Below, piece by piece: positions 28,571 to 37,599 of a stretch of 38,652 nucleotides of DNA; the stretch's first letter is position 1, and each line of letters begins with the position of its first letter. The DNA comes from a virus (taxonomy: Duplodnaviria; Heunggongvirae; Uroviricota; Caudoviricetes), in the IMG/VR virus record IMGVR_UViG_2695420676_000011. One strand, written 5' to 3'. The notes under the pieces are model-generated. The model had not been told where the DNA came from. It worked only from the letters and a program-made list of their open reading frames with translations, and made no database searches. The position numbers were made by a program, and so were the translations under genes.

Positions 28571-30426
28571 GCAGGCATTTTACTGAAGAGGAAGCGGTGC
28601 TCCGTATAGGCGAAGTCTGTGAGGTTTCTGGACGCGCTGTGACAATTTTGGTCGATAAAAACAAAAATCTCAGTGACTTGTTTTATCAGGGAAAAGTTCT
28701 AAGAAATGTATCAGTGGGTAGCTTCATTGAGATCAAAAAAGGTTTCATGAGCCTGATCGGCAAGGTTGAAGCGGAACGAATCATTGAGGAAAAACATCTC
28801 GCTGGGAGCGGCAGTGATGCCTGGCGATATCGGCGATACCTGACCTCTACTCTTACGGGTTACATTGATCGTACTGGTTGCTTCATTGGTGGTTCGCGTG
28901 AACTACCTCTCATCGGCAATGAAGTCTTCGTGGTAACTGAAGAGATGATACAAACGGTTCATCAGATAGCTAATGCAGACGAAACTGTAATGAGGTTTAC
29001 TCGTACAGATCTTGAAGATATTGAAATTGCACTACCAATCAATGGTCTTATTAATTCCCACATTGCCATTTTCGGTAATACAGGCAGCGGAAAGTCAAAT
29101 ACCCTAGCCGCGCTATACAAAGCAGGTATTGCCCAAGTTAAACATATTCTCGGCAACCACTTTAGTGAAAGATGCAAATTTATTCTATTCGACTTTAATG
29201 GAGAATATACTGCCCCACGCTGTATTACTGACGAGAAGACGGTTTATAATCTCAACACGCACCATGCAAATGGTGACAAACTTCCTCTACCCAGAGAGGT
29301 TCTACTTGAGCATGATATGCTCTCAGTTCTAACCGATGCAACAGACAAAACACAGAAACCTTTCCTGAAGAGAGTTCTTGAGTTTCGCAAGAAAGTGATG
29401 ACTGCTGATAATCCTCTTGAGTTTATGCGCAATATCCTGAAGAAAAAAGTCAGACAAAATCTCTTTAGTAGCGACAAACCCAAATGCGATACTATAAATC
29501 AGTTTCTTAGCCCAATTTTCAAAGATGACCCAGAACTTATATCTGATCTTGAGTATCATTCAACTGCATATAAATGGAAATTGAGGGGTGGTAGTATTTT
29601 CAATACAGAAGCTGATACTGAGCGCTCCTATCTATTCAGTCTTGCAAGCAATTTTTTATTTAAAACTGATATGATTGAAGAACTGTTGGACTTTATGTAC
29701 TTACAGTTAATACAGGAATATTTATCTAACAAGTCTAACCCTGAACATATTTCACCAGTTATAAATAGAATGAGTGCTAACCGTAAAGATATAGCCAAAA
29801 TATTTGATACTTCCGGACAGTCTGACTTTTGGGGTGAACATAATTTCACGGTTGTGAATCTAAATATGGTTAATATAACCATGAAAAAAACGCTTCCTCT
29901 TTTGATAGCCAAGTGGGCTTACAATATGAAGAAAATGTCTACAGAGAAATCTACACTGCACATCATTATAGATGAAGCCCACAATATTTTGTCTAATACT
30001 TCTTTTCGGGAAACGGAAAGTTGGAGAGATTATCGTCTGGAAACTTTTGAGGAAATCATAAAGGAGGGGAGAAAATTTGGAGTTTTTATCACAATTTCCA
30101 GTCAACGCCCTAATGATATATCGTCGACAATCATATCCCAAGCACACAATTATTTTATTCATCGCCTTATTAATCAGAATGATCTGTACGCAATTGAAAA
30201 ATCAGTATCATATATAGATCGACTGACTGAAGAGTCGATTCCAACGCTATCTACAGGAACCTGTATTTTTAGTGGTATCGTCTGCCCCATGCCGCTCAAA
30301 TTAAGGGTAGCTGAACTTCCAATTGAAGAAAAACCTAAGAGTAATACTATTTCCTTCAACGATTTAATACCTGAGAGGCTGGGAGAGGATGACCAGAGCG
30401 ACTACGTAATAACCAGCCCTCACTAA
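28567..30426 (+). CDS. HerA-like (FtsK/HerA superfamily) ATPase of a SIR2-HerA anti-phage system
   Basis: Walker A IAIFGNTGSGKSNT and Walker B LHIIIDEAHN; GGGAGG RBS; translationally coupled to the SIR2 gene. Confidence 0.85.
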   Translation: MSRHFTEEEAVLRIGEVCEVSGRAVTILVDKNKNLSDLFYQGKVLRNVSVGSFIEIKKGFMSLIGKVEAERIIEEKHLAGSGSDAWRYRRYLTSTLTGYIDRTGCFIGGSRELPLIGNEVFVVTEEMIQTVHQIANADETVMRFTRTDLEDIEIALPINGLINSHIAIFGNTGSGKSNTLAALYKAGIAQVKHILGNHFSERCKFILFDFNGEYTAPRCITDEKTVYNLNTHHANGDKLPLPREVLLEHDMLSVLTDATDKTQKPFLKRVLEFRKKVMTADNPLEFMRNILKKKVRQNLFSSDKPKCDTINQFLSPIFKDDPELISDLEYHSTAYKWKLRGGSIFNTEADTERSYLFSLASNFLFKTDMIEELLDFMYLQLIQEYLSNKSNPEHISPVINRMSANRKDIAKIFDTSGQSDFWGEHNFTVVNLNMVNITMKKTLPLLIAKWAYNMKKMSTEKSTLHIIIDEAHNILSNTSFRETESWRDYRLETFEEIIKEGRKFGVFITISSQRPNDISSTIISQAHNYFIHRLINQNDLYAIEKSVSYIDRLTEESIPTLSTGTCIFSGIVCPMPLKLRVAELPIEEKPKSNTISFNDLIPERLGEDDQSDYVITSPH

Positions 30427-30570
30427 TTAACAAAGTGCTGAAGCGGTAACGACCGCTTCTAGCACAAAGCGGACGATCACTTATCAAAATGCCCGCCCAC
30501 CTTACGCCTCGTTTCACTCGTTGCCCAAACTAGCCCCCATCAGAATGAATCCTCCTGGAGGCAACGTTTC

Positions 30571-30804
30571 TTAATGCAGCCAGCTGTCGTCTTCCCACAC
30601 TTTCTGCATAATTTTCATCACTTGTTTTCTTTCTTCATCCAGTTGCAGTCCGGTCAGTTCCACACCGTTAGAGCTACCTTTGCGGATACGAATTACCGTT
30701 TTGGGATACAGGGGGCGCAGATTGCGGTAAAGCTCGGATTCAAGGGCGTCCAGGGTAGACTGGCTAATCTTCTGCTCTTTATCGATCATTATTTCAATGC
30801 GCAT
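30571..30804 (-). CDS. DinI-family protein
   Basis: 77-aa product MRIEIMIDK...VWEDDSWLH resembling DinI; GAGGTGA RBS; second gene of a LexA-box-preceded operon. Confidence 0.7.
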   Translation of the reverse strand: MRIEIMIDKEQKISQSTLDALESELYRNLRPLYPKTVIRIRKGSSNGVELTGLQLDEERKQVMKIMQKVWEDDSWLH

Positions 30805-30814
30805 AAAAGTCACC

Positions 30815-31003
30815 TCAACTGATGACATCCATTGAGCGGTTGTATTCGTGGGTTCTGATTTTTGCCATGAGTTCATCAGTCAATTCAGAAACCCACTGCA
30901 GAGCCAGCCCCTTCTCTTCATCACTACACTCACTAGCCGCTACAAGCTTAAGAAAAAAATCAATGCGCTGGAGCTTCAAAGACTCCAAAAAATAGTCCTG
31001 CAT
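30815..31003 (-). CDS. Small SOS-regulated protein of unknown function (position of the 186 tum operon)
   Basis: 62-aa ORF directly downstream of a consensus LexA box and upstream of the DinI-like gene. Confidence 0.45.
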   Translation of the reverse strand: MQDYFLESLKLQRIDFFLKLVAASECSDEEKGLALQWVSELTDELMAKIRTHEYNRSMDVIS

Positions 31004-31044
31004 CTTTCCTCCTATGACACCAAAGCGATACTGTATACATAACC

Positions 31045-31062
31045 ACTGTTTATATTTACAGT
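31045..31062. promoter_or_regulatory. LexA operator (SOS box)
   Basis: aCTGTttatatttACAGt: CTGT-N8-ACAG with an all-A/T spacer, about 40-60 bp upstream of the 62-aa ORF. Confidence 0.7.
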
Positions 31063-31155
31063 ATATAATAATCTTACTGATGTAAAACGTTTTTTTACGT
31101 TCATCAGCCAGAAATGCCTGGTATTATTAAGAGCACGAATTGTTAACCCGCGTAA

Positions 31156-33570
31156 TTAATACAGGTTCCGCCACTTATCATCTTCCTGCAAACGCTGGTT
31201 CCGATAGAAGATACGCAGGCCTGCTCCTGACGGAATACTGCCGCCGCGAAGGAGTAAATCGACCTCTTTCTCGCTGCCATCAAATCCCCTGGACTTCAGT
31301 TCATACACGAGCTGCTGTCGCTGATGATCTGTAATTCGCTGTTTGTAGTCTTTACGCCGTTTCGGTTTCACCAGGCGTAACCTTGCTGCCAGTTCCCGGC
31401 GCTCTTTTTTGCTCATACTGTGCAGGTAATCGTGCAACTCCTTGTCATCCATACGGGTGATATCAGTTCTGGTATCTCCATCAGCTGATTTGTCTTTCCC
31501 TTGTTGGTACAAATTTTCAGCAAGGGGACAGTTATTGCCACGAGTCCAAGGGGCGCAAGCGCCCTGGTCGGCTGCCGCCTCCTGAACGTCAACGGCCTTA
31601 CGAACCATTTTCCACTTCACTGCATGAGTGCAGATCTTGCCCTCTGCAATGGGTGACCAGATGCCATAAATACGAATGCCGTGATCGCCATAGGCTGTCG
31701 GCTCTTCGTTGATTTCATAAGCGGTTCTGATCAAGTGATATTTGCGGGGAACCAACACGCCGCCCTGCTTCATAATGTAGGTGGCAAAACAGCCAGCATC
31801 AGCAGCAGCCAGAATGGCATCAAGGCGCGGGTTATCCAGTACCGGAGCACCTGCTTTTTTGTCACCCTGTTGCCTTGCCGCCTGACCAGCCAGCAATCGC
31901 AGTTCACGGTAAGCCTGACGCCCCGGAATGCCAAAGAAGCGGAATTGCTGAACACGATGCAGAGACGCCCAGACATTAACGTATTCAGCGTTATCACGCA
32001 GAGATTTACCCGTTTCCTTGCTGATCTCGCCAGCCAGACCACGCCCGTCAATGTTCTTACTGATATATTTCGCGATGTAGCTTGTCGGCGTTCCTTTGCG
32101 CGGGTTAATCAACTCAGACTTAAAGCGCGGCCCAGTGTTATTGCCCAGCTCCTCGCGGTCTTCACGGATGGCAAACTTACGCAGTAATGCAGTGATGGCG
32201 CGGCGGTCTTTTTTGCGCATAAAACACAACAGGTGCCAGTGAACTGTACCGTCATGATGCGGCTCAGCCACCCGCACGCCATACCAGCGCAATCCGGCTT
32301 TGTGCATCGCCTTACGAAATGCAGCAAACATGCCGACCAGATAGTCGCTGCTTTGTCTTACCGTCGAGTTTGTCCAGGTCGGGTTGGGTCTGCCGTTATT
32401 GAGCGTGGAATGGAAACGCGACGGACAGGTGATAGTGTAGAAAACGGCGCAGTCACTGCGCATTTCCGCGATAAGCTCCAGACCTTTAACACAGGCCATC
32501 ATCTCATTGCGGCGATGCGCCGGGTTGCTGCTGCTGGCGTTTACCACATCTTCCATATCCAGCGTGTCGCCGTCTTCGTTCACCAGTTCATGAGAACGGA
32601 AAAACTCCAGCGACTTACGGCGCTGCTCACGTTTATGCATCACGGCTTCATAGCTGACATAGGGGGATGCTTTTTTGCTGACCAGGCAGACAGCACGCAA
32701 CTGCTCTTCCCGCCATTCACAACGCATCTTCCATAATTTCCGATACCACCAGTCGGCACACAACATACGCGCCAACGAACCCGGAATGAGTTCATAGGGC
32801 ACGGGTTTACGGCGGTTTCTTTTCCGACGGAGTTGCTCAAACGCAGGTGGGATGACATCCAGACGCAGGGTTTCCGCTGCCACCTTTTCCCATGTCTTGC
32901 GGATTTCTTCTGGCTTAACGTCATCGGTGGCATACAAATCACCACAAGCTGCATCAAGGCACATACTCATATGCGCAGCTACCAGGGTGGACAGGCGTTT
33001 CACCTGATCCTGACTCATTTCAGGCAGGATCAGCAGGCCGTCCAGCCCTTCATGGCTTGCCATAAAGCGAAAAGATGCAGATAGCTGACTGTCGCGTACA
33101 TGCTCCAGTCGTTCCAGACATGGCTTAATCGTCTCACGTAAATAGCGGGAATAAGCCTTTGGCTTGCCCAGGCTGCTGAAGTATTCAATACGTTGCATCA
33201 GCGGCTTGCTGATATGGGAAGGCTGGGCGTTGACGTCCGCCAGAATGACCATGTCTGAATTAAAACGCTGCTGCTCATGCGCCAGCTTTGCCCGGCTAAT
33301 GAGCTTATCCTGCTCCATTTCGCGCTGGACAGGATCACGTGATTCATTAAAGAAATAACGCTCCCAGACCTGATCACTCAGTGCCTCGCGGCGCAACTGT
33401 TCCTGCTCGTTATCGGCAGCGTACAGAGTGATCAGGTTTGAAAGCGTAGAAACCGGCGCAACTTCCGCCGGGTCCAGATAAGGGTTAATGGCCTTTTTCG
33501 GGCTGTTCCATGAGAATGCTGCAGCAGCCTCGTTAAAGCCGCAGCAGTTGTTCATATCGGCATGACTCAT
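31156..33570 (-). CDS. A: Replication initiation protein gpA (rolling-circle nickase)
   Basis: 804-aa ORF at the end of the early operon, in the P2/186 gene A position. Confidence 0.85.
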   Translation of the reverse strand: MSHADMNNCCGFNEAAAAFSWNSPKKAINPYLDPAEVAPVSTLSNLITLYAADNEQEQLRREALSDQVWERYFFNESRDPVQREMEQDKLISRAKLAHEQQRFNSDMVILADVNAQPSHISKPLMQRIEYFSSLGKPKAYSRYLRETIKPCLERLEHVRDSQLSASFRFMASHEGLDGLLILPEMSQDQVKRLSTLVAAHMSMCLDAACGDLYATDDVKPEEIRKTWEKVAAETLRLDVIPPAFEQLRRKRNRRKPVPYELIPGSLARMLCADWWYRKLWKMRCEWREEQLRAVCLVSKKASPYVSYEAVMHKREQRRKSLEFFRSHELVNEDGDTLDMEDVVNASSSNPAHRRNEMMACVKGLELIAEMRSDCAVFYTITCPSRFHSTLNNGRPNPTWTNSTVRQSSDYLVGMFAAFRKAMHKAGLRWYGVRVAEPHHDGTVHWHLLCFMRKKDRRAITALLRKFAIREDREELGNNTGPRFKSELINPRKGTPTSYIAKYISKNIDGRGLAGEISKETGKSLRDNAEYVNVWASLHRVQQFRFFGIPGRQAYRELRLLAGQAARQQGDKKAGAPVLDNPRLDAILAAADAGCFATYIMKQGGVLVPRKYHLIRTAYEINEEPTAYGDHGIRIYGIWSPIAEGKICTHAVKWKMVRKAVDVQEAAADQGACAPWTRGNNCPLAENLYQQGKDKSADGDTRTDITRMDDKELHDYLHSMSKKERRELAARLRLVKPKRRKDYKQRITDHQRQQLVYELKSRGFDGSEKEVDLLLRGGSIPSGAGLRIFYRNQRLQEDDKWRNLY

Positions 33571-34424
33571 GCACGTACTCCGTACACGGCAGAACTATCC
33601 ACGCCACGCGAATAATCAAATCCCATCCAGCAGCGCGGCCCGGAAACAGCAATGATTTCTGTTGCTGATTTACCCTCGCCAGCTGCCACACCGATGCTGC
33701 GTTTTACCTTGATATAGTGGTGAGTAAAATTGCGATACAGCGAACGGATCAGGGATGTGTCACTGTTAGAAACAATGACTGGATGTCCTTCTGATGACCG
33801 ATGTTCAAGAACGGATGCCAGGTGATACTGGTCATCTTCAGTGAAACCATCAGTGTGATAGCCGGAAAACGTACCGTCATACGGCGGATCGCAATACACC
33901 ACATCTCCCGCCTTCAACATCGCCAGCGTTTCATCAAAGCTGGCGCAGATAAACGTTGCTCGCTGGGCTTTTTCTGCAAATGTGCGAAGTTCTTTTTCAG
34001 GGAAATACGGATTTTTATAATTACCGTAGGGGATGTTGAAATGCCCGCTCTTGTTATAGCGACATAAACCACGGTAACCGTGACGATTAAGATACAGGAA
34101 ATATACCGCTTTCATGAAATCAGTAATTTCAGTTGAGCAGTTAAACTCCTGCCTTATGTTGTAATAAGCCACCTCCCTGTTTGCGATCTCAAATAAAACT
34201 CTGGCGCGAGATATAAACGATTCACAATCAGCGGAAACCTTTTTATAGAGGTTGATTAAATCAGGATTAATATCCGCAACCAGATAGCTGGGATAATCCG
34301 TTTCCATCATCACAGCACAGGAACCCGCGAAAGGTTCAACCAGTCGCGGGCCAGCAGGAAGGTATTTTTTCAGTTCTGGCATAATGGCGGTTTTATTTCC
34401 CGCCCATTTCAGGATGGTGCTCAT
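33567..34424 (-). CDS. DNA N6-adenine methyltransferase (Dam-like)
   Basis: DPPY catalytic motif ([10 protein letters not shown]) and N-terminal AdoMet-binding region ([10 protein letters not shown]); start set at [11 protein letters not shown] with GGAGGTG RBS, overlapping the upstream stop. Confidence 0.8.
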   Translation of the reverse strand: MSTILKWAGNKTAIMPELKKYLPAGPRLVEPFAGSCAVMMETDYPSYLVADINPDLINLYKKVSADCESFISRARVLFEIANREVAYYNIRQEFNCSTEITDFMKAVYFLYLNRHGYRGLCRYNKSGHFNIPYGNYKNPYFPEKELRTFAEKAQRATFICASFDETLAMLKAGDVVYCDPPYDGTFSGYHTDGFTEDDQYHLASVLEHRSSEGHPVIVSNSDTSLIRSLYRNFTHHYIKVKRSIGVAAGEGKSATEIIAVSGPRCWMGFDYSRGVDSSAVYGVRA

Positions 34425-34648
34425 ACAGCACCTCCGTTGTAATGTTTGCCTTTCAGTTCTGCGATTTCCTGACAGGTAATGCAAAGCTGCACTCCCGGAA
34501 TGGCGCGGCGTCGTGCTGGCGGAATTGGCGCTTCACATTCAATGCAAAGTACGCGTGACACGCCCGGTGATTTGGCACGGGCTGCACGGATATGGCGCTG
34601 GCGTTCTTCTTCAACGCGCTGCTGTACGAGATCCATTGCATCAGCCAT
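34421..34648 (-). CDS. TraR/DksA-family C4 zinc-finger protein
   Basis: 75-aa product with CIECEAPIP...CITCQ four-cysteine motif. Confidence 0.7.
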   Translation of the reverse strand: MADAMDLVQQRVEEERQRHIRAARAKSPGVSRVLCIECEAPIPPARRRAIPGVQLCITCQEIAELKGKHYNGGAV

Positions 34649-34887
34649 TAGTGGATCTCCTGCGCTTCGTTCTGGATTGCTTCAGCAGTCACGCGCAGCA
34701 GTTCTGCCGCTTCCACGTGGGTTAGCTGGCGGGATGTGATATGACACGCCAGGCTATCAAGGCGAGCAGCCATTGCTTCAGCCCTTGCCCGGCGTTCTTC
34801 CAGACGAGCCTCTGTCAGTAAAATATTAAGCCCTGCGTCATCCGGTCCGGTTTTAGTCGTGAGGGTTTCAATATTACGCATAATCAA
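34648..34887 (-). CDS. Hypothetical early-operon protein
   Basis: 79-aa ORF abutting neighbours in the early operon. Confidence 0.5.
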   Translation of the reverse strand: MIMRNIETLTTKTGPDDAGLNILLTEARLEERRARAEAMAARLDSLACHITSRQLTHVEAAELLRVTAEAIQNEAQEIH

Positions 34888-34948
34888 TTCTCCTGAATTT
34901 AGATAAAGGGATGCCCGGCGGGTTTACGCCATTAATTTCATTAGTTGG

Positions 34949-35290
34949 TTAATTCGGCATGGTTAGCCGTCTGGGAAATAAGCTCACCACTGCACGAAAA
35001 TGATTCATTGCTTTAATCAGCTCCCGCTTTTCGTCAGTGGTCAGCTCATTAATGCTGATGCTATGACGTTCAGCTGGAATTTTTGCCATAAAGAATATGG
35101 CAGCCAGTGCCCGTTTATTTTGTTCATTATTGCTATCCCGTGGATCACGCATATCTTTAATAAACCGCTCAAGCTCTGACTCAATATTCAGGCCAAAAAC
35201 TTTCGCCCTTAACTCTGCAATGTGATTAAGTCCATTCAGGCGTTCACCGGGGCTTAATGGAACAGTTGCTGCAGCGCCATTAATTGCCAT
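34949..35290 (-). CDS. Hypothetical early-operon protein
   Basis: 113-aa ORF in the early operon. Confidence 0.5.
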   Translation of the reverse strand: MAINGAAATVPLSPGERLNGLNHIAELRAKVFGLNIESELERFIKDMRDPRDSNNEQNKRALAAIFFMAKIPAERHSISINELTTDEKRELIKAMNHFRAVVSLFPRRLTMPN

Positions 35291-35312
35291 ACTTCATATC
35301 CCCCAAACGCAG

Positions 35313-35537
35313 CTATCGTTCTTTGTTCTTACGGTAACGCTCAAGAGGAGATACATTTTTTCGTATCGTCTCTTTAACCTGCTCTCCCCGTAAAAACGTC
35401 CCATCCTTTAACGTGAAAAAGTAACTGCCATCGCCCGACAATGACGGATAGCAACAGAGCAAATCATCTTCAGGTACTGAATAACTCTCCCCTCTGTAAC
35501 GAAACTGATAAACCACTTCACTTTCTGCCGCATACAT
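35313..35537 (-). CDS. Hypothetical early-operon protein
   Basis: 74-aa ORF with an upstream GGAG RBS. Confidence 0.5.
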   Translation of the reverse strand: MYAAESEVVYQFRYRGESYSVPEDDLLCCYPSLSGDGSYFFTLKDGTFLRGEQVKETIRKNVSPLERYRKNKER

Positions 35538-35704
35538 TTGGACTTTCTCCGTTTCCTCGTGGTCAATTCAGACAGCAATTCATCTTGTGAATGACATGGA
35601 TGCCAGCGTTTTCCATCCTCACCCGTGATCCAGCCGTGACCGTAGTGCATTGCCGGGCTTTGTTTTACCAGCAGCGATGCAAATGATGGTTCTTTCGTCA
35701 GCAT
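35408..35704 (-). CDS. Hypothetical early-operon protein (overlaps 35313..35537 in another frame)
   Basis: ORF starting MLTKEPSF just downstream of the cII stop; the 3' 130 bp overlap the next ORF, so the true extent is uncertain. Confidence 0.3.
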   Translation of the reverse strand: MLTKEPSFASLLVKQSPAMHYGHGWITGEDGKRWHPCHSQDELLSELTTRKRRKSKCMRQKVKWFISFVTEGRVIQYLKMICSVAIRHCRAMAVTFSR

Positions 35705-35711
35705 AAGCACC

Positions 35712-36221
35712 TCACAGCAAACCGAATGAAGCACCGAGGCCAGTCACGGTATCAACTGCACTCGCCATCGCAGGATTAGCCTGTAAACGGGCCTGCAATG
35801 AAACAGCAGCCAGCGCCATCAGTCGTGTTACAGAGTTAATGCTGCTGATAGCATCACGACGACCGGCACTAGTTTTTACATCACCAGATACCGCACCTGC
35901 TGCAACACGCCCGATCTCTGCAGTTGCGCTCATGACGTAATGCGGCAGTTTCTCTTTTGCTACCTCATTAATCGGTACACATGGCAGACAATGAATCTGT
36001 GCCAGAAAACCATCTACCAACGTTGAATCTTCAGTCAGATCGGTAAGCAGCCAGATTTCTGGTGCGGTTAATAAATGAGGTTGAGCTGGGTTCAGCTTGT
36101 TCCGCAGAATCTGCACATTCATGCCCGCACGTTCTGCCAGTTGCACCAGATTGTGGCGCAGTGTGAATGCACGACAGGCTTCATCAAAATGTGGATGTTT
36201 GGAAACTTGGTAATCAAACAT
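35712..36221 (-). CDS. cII: CII-like lysogeny establishment activator (phage 186 type)
   Basis: Product [19 protein letters not shown]... resembling 186 CII over its length; start set at the ATG matching the 186 N-terminus (ORF track start 36230 is TTG). Confidence 0.8.
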   Translation of the reverse strand: MFDYQVSKHPHFDEACRAFTLRHNLVQLAERAGMNVQILRNKLNPAQPHLLTAPEIWLLTDLTEDSTLVDGFLAQIHCLPCVPINEVAKEKLPHYVMSATAEIGRVAAGAVSGDVKTSAGRRDAISSINSVTRLMALAAVSLQARLQANPAMASAVDTVTGLGASFGLL

Positions 36222-36285
36222 GGTTTTCAACTCCGAACTTATCGCAAAATCGAACTCAGCGTCTTATTGCGAAAATAGACGTCTA

Positions 36286-36489
36286 TTAAGCAGACAAAGC
36301 ATCAACAGTCAGAGCAGCCATGTTAATCATTACCTTTTCACGTTTTTTGTCTTTACGAAGACGATGACGAGGTAGTCGGCCATCAGCCAACATGTCGTTA
36401 ATCGTATCAATAGAAAGGCCAGTCAGTTCGCTATAACGTTCGATTGTGACATGTGGTGTATTCAGAGTAATTGAAATGTTAGGTGTCAT
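36286..36489 (-). CDS. apl: Apl/Cox-like excisionase and switch regulator
   Basis: 67-aa basic HTH-like protein, first gene of the rightward lytic operon, divergent from the repressor. Confidence 0.65.
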   Translation of the reverse strand: MTPNISITLNTPHVTIERYSELTGLSIDTINDMLADGRLPRHRLRKDKKREKVMINMAALTVDALSA

Positions 36490-36634
36490 AAGGCAACATT
36501 CCTTCTAGATATGGCTTGTGGCGAGCCGTTGTTTGTCGTGATTAGTAGTGAAGGCTCCAAAAGAACACTTCTGGTTCAACTTTAAGATCGCTTTTGGAAT
36601 CTGTCAACGAATTTTGGATTTCTTTGGAGGACTT

Positions 36635-37204
36635 GTGGATTTCAATAGCGGCGGTAAGAAAGCCATAGAACGTTTAGTTGAAGCATATGGGTTCGGTACC
36701 CGTCAGGCTCTATGTGATCATTTAGGTGTTTCTAAGAGCACCATGGCAACGCGCTATATGCGTGATATTTTTCCAGCAGATTGGGTAATCCAGTGCGCCC
36801 TTGAAACGGGCACCTCGCTTAATTGGCTAACAACAGGGCATGGTTCAAAGCAAGCATCAGCAAATACAAATACTATAGAAGTAGAAAAATATTTATTGTC
36901 TGATGGAGCATTGCAGAAAGACGGTTTTTATATTTTTGATAAGGGATTTCTACCCTCTACGTTTAAAAAACCTTTTGTCATCACAGATAACAATTCTGAA
37001 TTTATTTGTGATAAAGAATTTGATGATATACGTGATGGTAAATGGGTAATAAGTATTGATGGCGAAATAACTATCCGTGACATTACTCGTTTACCCGGTG
37101 GAAGAATCTTCGTCGAGGGTGGAAACAGAGCCTTCGAATGCAAGATAGAAGACATTGAAATAATTGGTAAAATTATAAGTTTAACAGTCAAGTATGTTAA
37201 ATAG
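36635..37204 (+). CDS. cI: CI-like immunity repressor (phage 186 type)
   Basis: Product resembles 186 CI (EAYGF...CALETG...); start placed at in-frame GTG 36635 with GGAGG RBS rather than 36548. Confidence 0.7.
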   Translation: MDFNSGGKKAIERLVEAYGFGTRQALCDHLGVSKSTMATRYMRDIFPADWVIQCALETGTSLNWLTTGHGSKQASANTNTIEVEKYLLSDGALQKDGFYIFDKGFLPSTFKKPFVITDNNSEFICDKEFDDIRDGKWVISIDGEITIRDITRLPGGRIFVEGGNRAFECKIEDIEIIGKIISLTVKYVK

Positions 37205-37219
37205 TACCGGGAGGAAACT

Positions 37220-37411
37220 ATGCTTGGTAAGGTATTTTTTGTGGTTTTGTCATGTTCTTTGTTATTAAACCCACTAACTACCTATGCTAGAAATTATCCC
37301 TGCTCAGGGAAAAAGGGAGGTGTTTCTCACTGTACCTCAGATGGCAAATTCGTTTGCAATGATGGAACTATTAGTAAATCCAAAAAAATCTGTACTAAAA
37401 ACTCACGATAA
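37220..37411 (+). CDS. Small secreted cysteine-rich protein (cargo between cI and int)
   Basis: 63-aa ORF with GGGAGG RBS, N-terminal signal peptide and four Cys in a ~40-aa Lys-rich mature part. Confidence 0.55.
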   Translation: MLGKVFFVVLSCSLLLNPLTTYARNYPCSGKKGGVSHCTSDGKFVCNDGTISKSKKICTKNSR

Positions 37412-37599
37412 CTTTTGCTTTTATATCTGCGTCTAAAATAAAAATGAGCCGCAGGTTAACCGCAAAAGTTACATGCTCACATAGCAAAAAGAATAGCCAA
37501 CTTAATTATGGCTTCAGTGAGATGTATGGTCGTAGGATTTCATACATTGACACTGGTTATACATACAGTGAAAATGCTCTCTACTGGAGGGCATTTTTT

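Noticed and set aside
31031-31046. Second possible LexA half-site (CTGtatacataacCAC) next to the strong SOS box
   Set aside because: The right half is CAC not CAG; at most a degenerate auxiliary site.
31681-32736. Plus-strand ORFs (168 aa and 167 aa) inside replication gene A
   Set aside because: Antisense to a long, well-supported gene; no start-site signals.
37444-37599. N-terminal 52-codon extension of the integrase ORF
   Set aside because: No RBS at 37444; integrase-like sequence and a GGAGGG RBS begin at the internal Met (37600).
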